Positions 9,713 through 18,650 of a DNA stretch of 55,441 nt are shown piece by piece. Below the pieces are notes generated by a model, which was not told the DNA's origin, searched no databases, and worked only from the letters and a program-made list of their open reading frames with translations. Within the stretch, counting starts at the first letter, position 1, and each line of letters begins with the position of its first letter. Source of the DNA: Patescibacteria group bacterium. GTDB taxonomy: Bacteria > Patescibacteriota > Patescibacteriia > Patescibacteriales > BS150m-G62. The position numbers were made by a program, and so were the translations under genes. Location: positions 1 to 55,441 of the forward strand of contig JADHVC010000003.1 in the NCBI GenBank assembly GCA_016784175.1, read 5' to 3'.

Positions 9713-10774
9713 CTATATTTTTTCTGCTTCGATGACTCTAAATGCAGCTTCAATATCCTCGGTTTGAAATGTAGATATTTTATTGATCGAAGATAGAAAA
9801 ACTTTTGCATTTTTGCATTTTTGGGCTAATGTTTCTGGTATTAGAATTTGATTCATTTTGTGTCTTTCAAATAGAAAAATATAACCACAATGTATTCTTG
9901 TTCTTGGATCATATTCGCTTGTTATTTCATAAAGATTAATTATTTCCTCGGCAAGGCTAAAAAAGTCAAACGCTAGTTTATACTTAACAGTTTCAATGTA
10001 GCAATATGCTCTTGCTATATATATTTGATGATCCAATCTATCGCCTAAAAATTCTTCAATCTCGTCTAGGGTCGTAATTGATTCTTCGTATTGCTTATTT
10101 TTTCTTAATAACTCTGCTAATAAGGTTTTATTCATTAATAGCGAGTTATTATTTTTTGATATACTTACAAGTTTTCTTGCAATTAAAATTGCATCTTGAT
10201 ACCTACCAAGTCCTCTAAGTGTTCTTATGAGAGTTATGTAGTCAGAATGTCCTCCTCTCATATTAACCGCTTCTTGTGCTGCCGAAGCAGCCTCAACAAA
10301 TCGACCTGTAGCCAAATAGCTTTTCGCAAGATAGATGAAAGTAGAAGCGTTTGGTTCAAGTTTAATAGCACTCATCGCAGCTTTAATAACCAGTTTATGT
10401 TCGCCTTGCTTAAAATAAATCTCTACCAAAATAGTATAAAATATAGCATACTTCTTTCTTTTAATCGTTTCTATCAATAATTGTATTGCCTCATCAAATT
10501 TTTTGAATTTTATACAAGCTCGCGCGAAAATTATCGTTGACGCTGTACTACCATTTAATTCAAAGTTCCTCTTTGCTACACGATAAGCATTTATAAAATT
10601 ACCCAGATTCATTAAGCATTGTGCTTTCAATCCAAGTGCACGAATATTATTAGGATCAATGCGCTCTACTATTTGGATTAATTCGATCGCTCGTTTTGGG
10701 TTTGTTATTCGTAAGTCATATACTAATTTCAATGTGCTATGAATATCTTTACGCTCAATTATTGTCTGACTCAT
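9713..10774 (-). CDS. TPR-repeat protein
   Basis: Repeated 34-aa-like helical motifs (A..Y..A........A). Start set at MSQTIIERKD (10774), which has the SD AAGGAGA upstream. The ORF-track start is 10825. Confidence 0.7.
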   Translation of the reverse strand: MSQTIIERKDIHSTLKLVYDLRITNPKRAIELIQIVERIDPNNIRALGLKAQCLMNLGNFINAYRVAKRNFELNGSTASTIIFARACIKFKKFDEAIQLLIETIKRKKYAIFYTILVEIYFKQGEHKLVIKAAMSAIKLEPNASTFIYLAKSYLATGRFVEAASAAQEAVNMRGGHSDYITLIRTLRGLGRYQDAILIARKLVSISKNNNSLLMNKTLLAELLRKNKQYEESITTLDEIEEFLGDRLDHQIYIARAYCYIETVKYKLAFDFFSLAEEIINLYEITSEYDPRTRIHCGYIFLFERHKMNQILIPETLAQKCKNAKVFLSSINKISTFQTEDIEAAFRVIEAEKI

Positions 10775-10855
10775 TAATATTTCTCCTTTTTTTATTAAAG
10801 ACCAGTACAAAAAAAATAATATCACTCATTAGTACTTATGTCAAAGAATATGATA

Positions 10856-11039
10856 GTAACTACTTGCTATACCTGCATTATTTTTGAGCGCATATGGAAT
10901 ATGTAGTATTTTTTAGCAGAATTTAACTTAAAAAATTTTATGTTTGAGTGAAGCGAGTTTAAAATTTTTGTTATATTGTGCGAAAATTGCCCAATATTCC
11001 ATCCTAAGCGAAAAAGTGATGTAGGTATAGTGAAGTTAC
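10856..11039 (+). repeat. ~189-nt palindromic intergenic repeat, copy 2
   Basis: 184 nt. Starts GTAACTACTTGCTATACCTGCAT and ends ATGTAGGTATAGTGAAGTTAC. It carries small deletions relative to the other copies. It lies between the divergent TPR and permease genes. Confidence 0.9.
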
Positions 11040-11166
11040 TAAGTACTGTATTGTAAAGCTTTTTAAAATATGATATCATTATAAAATTAGAAAAATAAGC
11101 ATGTAACTAAATAATATCTATCTAAACAAATACTGAAGAAATGTTTTTGTTTATAATAGAAAAGGT

Positions 11167-12468
11167 GTGTATATGAGTTTAATTTTTATAGTTAGTATAT
11201 CAATATTTGTAATTACATTTGGCTTGATACTAACCGAACGATTTCATAGAACGATTATTGGGTTAGCAGGAGCAATCTTGATGGTATTAGCGGGTAATAT
11301 GTTTGAATTTTATGACTCTAAAGAAGTAGTTGAAGCGATAGATTTTAATACGCTTGGTTTATTGTTCGGCATGATGGTTATCGTTGCTATACTAGAGAAA
11401 ACAGGCTTTTTCGAATATTTAGCAATATTAGTCGCAAAAAAAACAAAAGGAAAACCATGGGCGCTTGTTGTTGCTTTAGGTACATTAACAACTTTACTTT
11501 CACTAATCCTTGATAATGTAACAACTATAATTCTAATTGTTCCTGTGACCATTATTATCACCCAGCTGTTAAAAATAAATCCTACACCAATTTTGATGGC
11601 GGAAGCTCTGCTCTCTGATACTGGTGGTGTAGCCACGCTCGTTGGTGATCCTCCAAACATCATGATTGGATCCGCTGCTAACTTTAGCTTTAATGATTTT
11701 TTAATTCATTCAATGCCTGTAGTAATTGTGGCATGGTTTGCTACATTAATTACGCTTAAGTTTATTTACAAAAAAGAATTAAAAGAGGTTCCACAAAATA
11801 TAGACCAGTTGATGGCAATGAATGAAAAAGAAGCAATTACTGATCCTGTAACAGTGAGAAAGATATTATACGTATTATCTTTTGTTGTATTATTGTTTCT
11901 TTTGCATAGTAAATTACATTTAATGCCTTCTATGGTTGCTTTAATAGGAGCTTTTTTGGCACTATGGGTTGTGTCTGCAAAAAAAGACCCACAAAAAATA
12001 CTTGAAAAAGTCGAATTGTCTGTATTGTTATTTTTTGGTTCACTATTTGTTATAGTCGGTGGATTAGAAAATGCTGGTGTGCTTGAGCACCTTGCAAATC
12101 TTATTACTAGTGGAGTTGAAGACAATTTATTGCTAACCGCAATTATCGTACTCTGGTCTTCTGCAATTCTTTCAGCGATAGTTGATAATATTCCCTTAAC
12201 TGTTGCGATGATCCCAATTATTAGCTATCTAGAAACTCAAGGAGTTGCAGTTGGAATACTGTGGTGGGCACTTGTATTTGGTGTGGGTTTTGGAGGCAAT
12301 GGTTCGCCAATCGGGTCTACGGCCAATGTTATTGTTGTTTCTAAGAGTGAGCAAACTGATACTCCAATAACCTTTAAAACTTGGTTTAAGGCTGGAGCAT
12401 CGGTAATGTTCGTAACACTTACCGTTGCAACACTTGCCATAGTATTATTCAAAGAAATGTTTACGTAA
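11167..12468 (+). CDS. ArsB/NhaD-superfamily anion/ion permease
   Basis: About 10-12 TM helices and motifs typical of this permease superfamily (LDNVTTIILIVPV, GGVATLVGDPPNIMIGS, VDNIPLT). Start is GTG 11167 or ATG 11173. Confidence 0.75.
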   Translation: MYMSLIFIVSISIFVITFGLILTERFHRTIIGLAGAILMVLAGNMFEFYDSKEVVEAIDFNTLGLLFGMMVIVAILEKTGFFEYLAILVAKKTKGKPWALVVALGTLTTLLSLILDNVTTIILIVPVTIIITQLLKINPTPILMAEALLSDTGGVATLVGDPPNIMIGSAANFSFNDFLIHSMPVVIVAWFATLITLKFIYKKELKEVPQNIDQLMAMNEKEAITDPVTVRKILYVLSFVVLLFLLHSKLHLMPSMVALIGAFLALWVVSAKKDPQKILEKVELSVLLFFGSLFVIVGGLENAGVLEHLANLITSGVEDNLLLTAIIVLWSSAILSAIVDNIPLTVAMIPIISYLETQGVAVGILWWALVFGVGFGGNGSPIGSTANVIVVSKSEQTDTPITFKTWFKAGASVMFVTLTVATLAIVLFKEMFT

Positions 12469-12590
12469 AAATGTAAGTTATGCGATTGCTCAAACTGCTA
12501 GTACTAAATATTATTAATAACTAAATTATAATTATTCGTTTATATTTGTTTTACAAGCTTGAGAACAACCTATATACAAATAATTTCTAT

Positions 12591-13052
12591 ATGAATATAC
12601 AAAATATAATGCGACAGCCAGTTATTGTAAAAGATAATATTAGCCTTTCAGAAACTGTTCAAATAATGATGCAGAAGAAAAGGAATTCTGTTGTTATTGT
12701 TAATGATAAAGGTGAATTTGTTAGTGAGGTGGATGTCGTAAGTGTAATAAAAGCGATTTTACCAGACTATATAGAAGAAGCAAGAATTGCTGCTCATTTT
12801 GCCAGTAGCGATTATTTTATTGAATTATGCAAAAAATCCAAAGACATTCCAATAGGGGATTTTATGATGAAAAATCCTAAGACAACTACTATAGAAAGTA
12901 GTCTTATGGAAGCTGCTGTTATGTTAATAAATAGCAAGCAATCCAGAATAGCAGTGTTAGATAAAAATAAGTTTCCAGTTGGCCTACTAACTAGAACTGA
13001 ACTAAAACAAGCTATTGGTAAAATTCTAGACATTAAAGAAAGTAATAGTTAG
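12591..13052 (+). CDS. CBS-domain pair protein
   Basis: Two CBS-like units (IMRQPVIVKDNISLSETVQIMMQKKRNSVVIVNDKGEFV... and FMMKNPKTTTIESSLMEAAVMLINSKQSRIAVLDKNKFPVGLLT). ATG at 12591 chosen over the TTG at 12546. Confidence 0.75.
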   Translation: MNIQNIMRQPVIVKDNISLSETVQIMMQKKRNSVVIVNDKGEFVSEVDVVSVIKAILPDYIEEARIAAHFASSDYFIELCKKSKDIPIGDFMMKNPKTTTIESSLMEAAVMLINSKQSRIAVLDKNKFPVGLLTRTELKQAIGKILDIKESNS

Positions 13053-13100
13053 CTTGTTATATATTTAAATAGAGATACATAAAAAATATTAATCGAACCT

Positions 13101-13131
13101 AAGCGTCCAAATGTCGGGCGCTTATTTTATT
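13101..13131 (+). terminator. Rho-independent terminator after the CBS gene
   Basis: Stem AAGCGTCC (13101-13108) / GGGCGCTT (13116-13123) with one G-T pair, followed by ATTTTATT. Confidence 0.6.
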
Positions 13132-13141
13132 ACTTATATAG

Positions 13142-13171
13142 AAAAAAGACCTAAGCAAGAAGCCGAGGTCT
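13142..13171 (-). terminator. Candidate terminator for the 13197-13487 gene
   Basis: Stem AGACCT (13147-13152) / AGGTCT (13166-13171) with a 13-nt loop. A T-run follows on the - strand. Confidence 0.4.
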
Positions 13172-13196
13172 AAATTGATGTTGTGAATCGCACCCG

Positions 13197-13487
13197 TTAG
13201 ACGGTTAGCAATCCACTTATTTGATTTTCGATGGCACAAAAAGCGTCATCGAAAATAGTGGGGGAAAACTCGCATCCTTGTCTTTTTGCGAGCTTTGAGC
13301 CGATCTCGTCAATTTTGACACAGCCGCACTTTATCAGGCGACCTAAAATTTCTACTTTGTACTCCAATTGTTGACTTATATGACACCTTGCCATCTTTTT
13401 TAGTGTTTGTTTGTATTCATTAAGAATCCTCTTCAATTGGATTGTTAATTCTTTTTTCATATTAGGCAGACAAATAATTCTCACCAT
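13197..13487 (-). CDS. Hypothetical Cys-containing protein (96 aa)
   Basis: ORF with the SD AAGGAGAG just upstream of the ATG at 13487. No recognised family. Confidence 0.55.
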   Translation of the reverse strand: MVRIICLPNMKKELTIQLKRILNEYKQTLKKMARCHISQQLEYKVEILGRLIKCGCVKIDEIGSKLAKRQGCEFSPTIFDDAFCAIENQISGLLTV

Positions 13488-13572
13488 ATCTCTCCTTTTT
13501 TTTATTGAAATGAGCAGAAATACCTATAAGTAATAATAGTAAATATAAAACTATATGTCAAGCGATTTTCTT

Positions 13573-13761
13573 GTAACTACTCACTATATCTGCATTATTT
13601 TTGAGCGCATATGTAATATGTAGTAATTATTAGCACAATTTAACTTAAAAAAATTTATGTTTGAGTGAAGCGAGTTTAAAATTTTTGTTAAATTGTGCGT
13701 AAAAAAGTGCCCAATATTCCATCCTAAGCGAAAAAGTGATGCAGATGTAGTGAGTGATTAT
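13573..13761 (+). repeat. ~189-nt palindromic intergenic repeat, copy 3
   Basis: Flanked by a perfect 8-bp direct repeat ATTTTCTT (13565-13572 and 13762-13769). Lies between the divergent 13197-13487 gene and ftsW. Confidence 0.92.
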
Positions 13762-13924
13762 ATTTTCTTTATTAAAAGGTCATTTTGCGACCTCTCGCAC
13801 ATCCATATATAAATCGGCAAGCTTATCATGGACTGCTTTATAATGATTTTTCTTTAAGCAAGTGAGGTTATATAAGCAGGTATATTTTCTTTCCACGCCA
13901 GGAACTTTATGATAAAATACAAAT

Positions 13925-15058
13925 ATGCGAAAATTCCTTAGCTTTATCTTTAACCTAGGCGACAACTTTAAGAATGCTGATAAGCCCTTGATTGCAACCA
14001 TGGGAATTATTATTGCTTTTGGTTTAGTTATGTTGTCTAGCGCGACCTCTGCCGTTGCTTTTACAAAATATGGCGATAGCTACTATTTTTTTAAACATCA
14101 ACTCTTCGGTATAATCGTTGGTTCAATCTTTTTTTATTTTTTAGCTAAAATTGATTACCATAGATGGGAAAAATACGGTTTTTGGTTTTTAGTTCTCTCT
14201 ATTGTATTGCTGTTATTAGTGTTTATCCCTGGTTTAAGTGCTAGTTATGGAAAAGCGAGAAGTTGGATAAATGTATTTGGTTTTTCACTTCAACCATCTG
14301 AATTAGTAAAATTATCTTTTTTGATATATTTGTCGGCGTGGTTAGGGCGTAGGGAAAAATTTGTTAAAGACTTTACGCAAGGAACGGCTCCGTTTGTAGC
14401 TATATGGCTTGTTGTGGCAATACTAATGATATTGCAGCCAGATATTGGGACACTTTCGATCATTACAGTAGTGTCGATGATAGTGTATTTTGTTGGTGGA
14501 GGTAATATAAAACATATATTAGGTATGATAGTGCTAGGAATGATGGGGCTAGCTATTATGATAAACTTAATGCCTTATCAGGCAGCTAGAATAAAGTGCT
14601 TTACTGACCCAACATATTCTACCGCTGATGTTTGTTATCAGGTTAATCAGTCGTTAATCGCCGTGGGCTCTGGTGGATTACATGGTCGTGGACTTGGTGC
14701 GAGTAGACAAAAGTTTGCTTATTTGCCAGAGGTGTCAGGTGACTCAATTTTTGCTATTATTGGAGAAGAAACTGGCTTGATATATAGCTCATTTTTGGTA
14801 TTGTTATTTATATTCTTGTTTTATAGAGGATATATAATCGCAAAACAAGCACTAGATAGATTCGGAAAATTCCTAGCTATTGGGATTGTAAGTTGGGTAG
14901 TTTTGCAGGCATTTATTAATATTGGTGGAATGATAAACTTTATGCCTATGACAGGCGTACCCTTACCCTTTATAAGTTATGGTGGATCGGCTATATTTTC
15001 TGCAATGTCTGCCATGGGAATCCTGGTTAATATCAGTAAGCACGGCCGGTTTAGGTAA
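13925..15058 (+). CDS. ftsW: SEDS-family peptidoglycan glycosyltransferase FtsW/RodA
   Basis: Polytopic membrane protein with SEDS motifs (QPSELVKL, LQPDIGT, GSGGLHGRGLG, LPEVSGDSIFAIIGEE, PLPFISYGGS). Lies upstream of murG. Confidence 0.92.
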   Translation: MRKFLSFIFNLGDNFKNADKPLIATMGIIIAFGLVMLSSATSAVAFTKYGDSYYFFKHQLFGIIVGSIFFYFLAKIDYHRWEKYGFWFLVLSIVLLLLVFIPGLSASYGKARSWINVFGFSLQPSELVKLSFLIYLSAWLGRREKFVKDFTQGTAPFVAIWLVVAILMILQPDIGTLSIITVVSMIVYFVGGGNIKHILGMIVLGMMGLAIMINLMPYQAARIKCFTDPTYSTADVCYQVNQSLIAVGSGGLHGRGLGASRQKFAYLPEVSGDSIFAIIGEETGLIYSSFLVLLFIFLFYRGYIIAKQALDRFGKFLAIGIVSWVVLQAFINIGGMINFMPMTGVPLPFISYGGSAIFSAMSAMGILVNISKHGRFR

Positions 15059-15180
15059 AAAAAAGCCCACTGGTATATAGGCTCGTAGACAGAACGATTT
15101 CTTTCTGTAGTTTGTCAGCCATCGAGTGGTTCTTCCCAAAAGGAATCTTAATGAACCATAAATTAAATATAGTATACAAC

Positions 15181-16254
15181 ATGAAAAATCTCAAGAGAAT
15201 TTTATATTCTGGCGGGGGAACAGGTGGGTCAGTTACTCCTCTCTTAGCCTTACACCAAGAATTAATAGCGAACAATAGCTATATTGTCGCTCTTTGGGTT
15301 GGAACTGGTTTTGGGCCGGAGCAGGCTATGGCTAAAGAGGCCAATATTGACTTTAGAGTCATAAAAAGTGGGAAGCTAAGACGCTATTTTTCACTTCAAA
15401 ATTTTTTCGATCCTCTTAGAGTTGCTTTTGGGTTCTTCGAGGCTATCGCTATAATGCGTAACTTTAAGCCAGATATTGCAATTACAGCCGGTGGGTTTGT
15501 AAGCGTACCAGTTATTTGGGCCGCTAAATTATTAGGTATTACTACTATTGTCCACCAACAAGACGCTCGACCAGGCTTGGCTAATAAGTTAATGGCTCCC
15601 TTCGCCACAATAATAACCGTCACTTTTAAAAAATCTCTCGAGCATTACGGCAAAAAGGCAATACTAACTGGCAATCCAGTAAAAAAAGTAAGCGTTAATA
15701 TAAATATACTAGCACAAAGAAGTAAGTACAACTTTAATAATATTTTGCCAATAGTTTTAGTGATGGGCGGTGGTACTGGTGCGCGAAAAATTAACGAGCT
15801 AATTAACGAGGGTCTTAAAGACTTGTGCAAATTTACTAATATAATCCACATAACAGGTAAGGGTAAAAATCAAGATACATATAACCATCAAACACCGAAA
15901 AACTATATGTGCCTTGAATTTGTTAATCATGCTGAAATGTACAATATTTATGCTTTGGCAGATATTGTAGTTAGCCGGGCTGGCATGGGAGCGTTGACTG
16001 AATTGTCATATCTTAAAAAACCTGCCATAATTATCCCAATGCTTAGTTCACACCAAGAAGATAATGCTAAAATTCTTGGCGACACGAAGGCTGCAATAGT
16101 TTTAGACCAAAAAAAACTTACAGCTGTAGCTTTGGTAAGTAATATTAAAACTATAATTGAAAATAAAACACTGCAAAATCAACTATCGATAAATATAGAA
16201 AAAGCCATAAAAACTGATGGGGCAAAAGAAATAGCCAAGATTATTAATAAATAG
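15181..16254 (+). CDS. murG: UDP-GlcNAc:undecaprenyl-PP-MurNAc-pentapeptide GlcNAc transferase MurG
   Basis: GGGTGGSVTPLLAL N-terminal G-loop, later GGGTGARKIN, and SRAGMGALTEL. Start set at MKNLKRIL (15181); the ORF-track start is 15112. Confidence 0.9.
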   Translation: MKNLKRILYSGGGTGGSVTPLLALHQELIANNSYIVALWVGTGFGPEQAMAKEANIDFRVIKSGKLRRYFSLQNFFDPLRVAFGFFEAIAIMRNFKPDIAITAGGFVSVPVIWAAKLLGITTIVHQQDARPGLANKLMAPFATIITVTFKKSLEHYGKKAILTGNPVKKVSVNINILAQRSKYNFNNILPIVLVMGGGTGARKINELINEGLKDLCKFTNIIHITGKGKNQDTYNHQTPKNYMCLEFVNHAEMYNIYALADIVVSRAGMGALTELSYLKKPAIIIPMLSSHQEDNAKILGDTKAAIVLDQKKLTAVALVSNIKTIIENKTLQNQLSINIEKAIKTDGAKEIAKIINK

Positions 16255-16286
16255 TCAACTTCAGATTAACCGTTTAAAATAATAAA

Positions 16287-17687
16287 ATGGACATATCAAA
16301 AGTTAAAAATATATACATGATAGGAATAAAAGGCGTAGGTATGACAATGCTTGCTCAGTATTTTGCGTCTAAAGGAATGAAGGTGACTGGATCAGATACC
16401 GCTGAAAAATTTATGACAGACCAGGTTTTAGAAAAATGTAAAATTCCAGTAATAGAAAAATTCAATAAATTAAATATTCCTAAAGATGCTGATGTAATAA
16501 TTTATTCTTCCGCATATAACGAAATTAATAACGAAGAAGTGCGATCTGTGATTAATACAAATCGCAAAGTGCTGTGTTATGCAAAAGCACTAGGCGATGT
16601 TTTTAATCAGTATTACGGAATAGGTGTTATTGGCTCGCATGGCAAAACTACGACTTCTGCTTGGCTTGGATTTGTTATGGACTCGGCTGGATTAAAACCA
16701 AATGTTATGGTTGGAGCAAGAGTGCCACAATTCAATGGAAGCTCTTTAATTAATGAATCAAATTATTTAGTTGCAGAGCTAGACGAATATCAAAATAAGT
16801 TTCAATATGCTAGTCCTCAAGCAGTAATATTAAACAACATTGACTTTGATCACCCAGATTTTTTCCCTACCCATGAAAGCTATACTCAAGTCTTTATCGA
16901 CTTAGTAAAAAGGATTCCAAAAAAAGGATTGCTTGTTGCCAATCTTGATGATGAAAAAGTTGAAAAAATAGTACAATTAAATTTTGAGTTTAAGGCTATA
17001 ACATACGCTATAAAAAATGGCAAAGCAAATTACATAGCGTCAGAAATAGAACAGGCTTTGGGCAGGCAATATTTTCGTGTTTCTTTTGATAATGAAGACC
17101 TTGGAATTTTCAATATTAAACTGACTGGCGACCATAATATCTTAAATGCTCTTGGTGTAATTGCTATGTGTGTCGAATTGGAAATAGACTTAATTGACAT
17201 CCGAACTTACTTGGCAGATTTTATTGGCACAGAAAGACGAATGCAGACTCTGGGGGAATACAATAAAGCTTTAATTATCGATGATTATGCACATCATCCG
17301 ACTGAAATAAGGGTTACTTTAGCTGGTATAAAAAAATTATATCCTTCGAAGAATATAATTTGCGTATTTCATCCACATACTTTTACAAGAACTAAAGCTC
17401 TCCTAGATGAATTTGCTAATAGCTTTAATGATGCTGATAAAATTGTAGTACTTGATATTTATGGATCTGCTAGGGAAGAGCAGGGTGGGATCAGCTCTAA
17501 AAGTATAGTTGATAAAATTATAGAATTAAATAATAATAATGATAGGGGTAATCAGGAAGTATTGTATATTCCTAGTTTTATGGAATGTGAAGAGTATTTA
17601 CGAAAAATTGCTAAAAACAACGACCTAATTTTATTAATGGGTGCTGGAGATATATTTAAAATAGGGAAGAATTTAATAAGAATATAA
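16287..17687 (+). CDS. murC: UDP-N-acetylmuramate--L-alanine ligase MurC
   Basis: GIKGVGMTMLA, the Mur ligase P-loop GSHGKTTTSAW, and DDYAHHPTEI. Confidence 0.93.
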   Translation: MDISKVKNIYMIGIKGVGMTMLAQYFASKGMKVTGSDTAEKFMTDQVLEKCKIPVIEKFNKLNIPKDADVIIYSSAYNEINNEEVRSVINTNRKVLCYAKALGDVFNQYYGIGVIGSHGKTTTSAWLGFVMDSAGLKPNVMVGARVPQFNGSSLINESNYLVAELDEYQNKFQYASPQAVILNNIDFDHPDFFPTHESYTQVFIDLVKRIPKKGLLVANLDDEKVEKIVQLNFEFKAITYAIKNGKANYIASEIEQALGRQYFRVSFDNEDLGIFNIKLTGDHNILNALGVIAMCVELEIDLIDIRTYLADFIGTERRMQTLGEYNKALIIDDYAHHPTEIRVTLAGIKKLYPSKNIICVFHPHTFTRTKALLDEFANSFNDADKIVVLDIYGSAREEQGGISSKSIVDKIIELNNNNDRGNQEVLYIPSFMECEEYLRKIAKNNDLILLMGAGDIFKIGKNLIRI

Positions 17688-17689
17688 CT

Positions 17690-18646
17690 ATGTCAGACTT
17701 AATTGATATTGAAACTAAAATCAAAAAAAATATCCCATTAGCTCCTCTTACCACTTTTAATATTGGAGGTTCTGCTGAGCTATTTGTTGAGGTTGGTAGT
17801 AAAGACGAGTTAGTAGACGCAATAAACTTAGCCCAAAATAAAGATTTAGGAATCACAATCTTAGGTGGAGGTAGTAATGTTTTAGTCGCTGATACTGGAA
17901 TTAAAGGCTTAGTGATAAAAATAAATAACAAAACCTTAGTTTTAAAAGGAGATCGAATAGAGGTTGGTGCTGGGTCAAAATTGATCGATACTGCAAGACT
18001 AGCTAATAATAACGGATACACTGGATTAGAGTGGGCTAGTGGAATCCCAGGATCAGCTGGAGGGGCTATTCGTGGTAATGCAGGTGCTCATGGATACTAT
18101 ATCGCAGATGTAATAGAAACTATAGAGTGTTTTGATAAAATAAAGAATATATTTAAAATATTAAGCAAGAAGGACTGTGAGTTTTCTTATAAAGATAGTT
18201 ATATTAAGCAAAATAAGAGTTTGGTTATTTGGAGTGCTTATCTAAAACTTACGCGTGGTAACTTAGTTGAGATAAGAAATAAAGTCGATAGCTATATAAA
18301 AATACGAGAGAGTTCTCAGCCAAGGTTAGCGAGTGCTGGTTGTGTATTTAAAAATTTAAGTTTCGACGATATTCAAGCAACTAGTGATAAGCTAGCAAAA
18401 TATATAATAAAAAATAATCCGCCTAAGAATGGTAAAATAGGTGCGGGTTGGCTAATTGACCTTATTGGGCTTAAAGGTAAACGAGTTGGTGATGTAAAAG
18501 TTAGTCTAGAGCATGGTAATTTTATTGTTAACACTGGGCATGGTAAGGCTAGCGATGTTATTGACCTAATTAAATTTATCAAGAAAAGAATGTACGACCA
18601 ATTTGGCATAGAACTAGAAGAGGAAATTCAATACTTAGGATTCTAA
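17690..18646 (+). CDS. murB: UDP-N-acetylenolpyruvoylglucosamine reductase MurB
   Basis: FAD-binding N-terminus (PLAPLTTFNIGGSAE, ILGGGSNVLV), GIPGSAGGAIRGNAGAHG, and the C-terminal MurB domain (AGCVFKN, GAGWLID). Confidence 0.93.
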   Translation: MSDLIDIETKIKKNIPLAPLTTFNIGGSAELFVEVGSKDELVDAINLAQNKDLGITILGGGSNVLVADTGIKGLVIKINNKTLVLKGDRIEVGAGSKLIDTARLANNNGYTGLEWASGIPGSAGGAIRGNAGAHGYYIADVIETIECFDKIKNIFKILSKKDCEFSYKDSYIKQNKSLVIWSAYLKLTRGNLVEIRNKVDSYIKIRESSQPRLASAGCVFKNLSFDDIQATSDKLAKYIIKNNPPKNGKIGAGWLIDLIGLKGKRVGDVKVSLEHGNFIVNTGHGKASDVIDLIKFIKKRMYDQFGIELEEEIQYLGF

Positions 18647-18650
18647 CTTT

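Noticed and set aside
10867-11079. 70-aa ORF on the - strand overlapping repeat copy 2
   Set aside because: It lies almost entirely inside the palindromic repeat. The equivalent frame is not open in the other copies, and there is no SD. I treat it as a chance ORF in AT-rich repeat DNA.
13780-14001. 73-aa - strand ORF overlapping the ftsW start
   Set aside because: It overlaps the well-supported ftsW N-terminus on the opposite strand and has no SD. I treat it as spurious.
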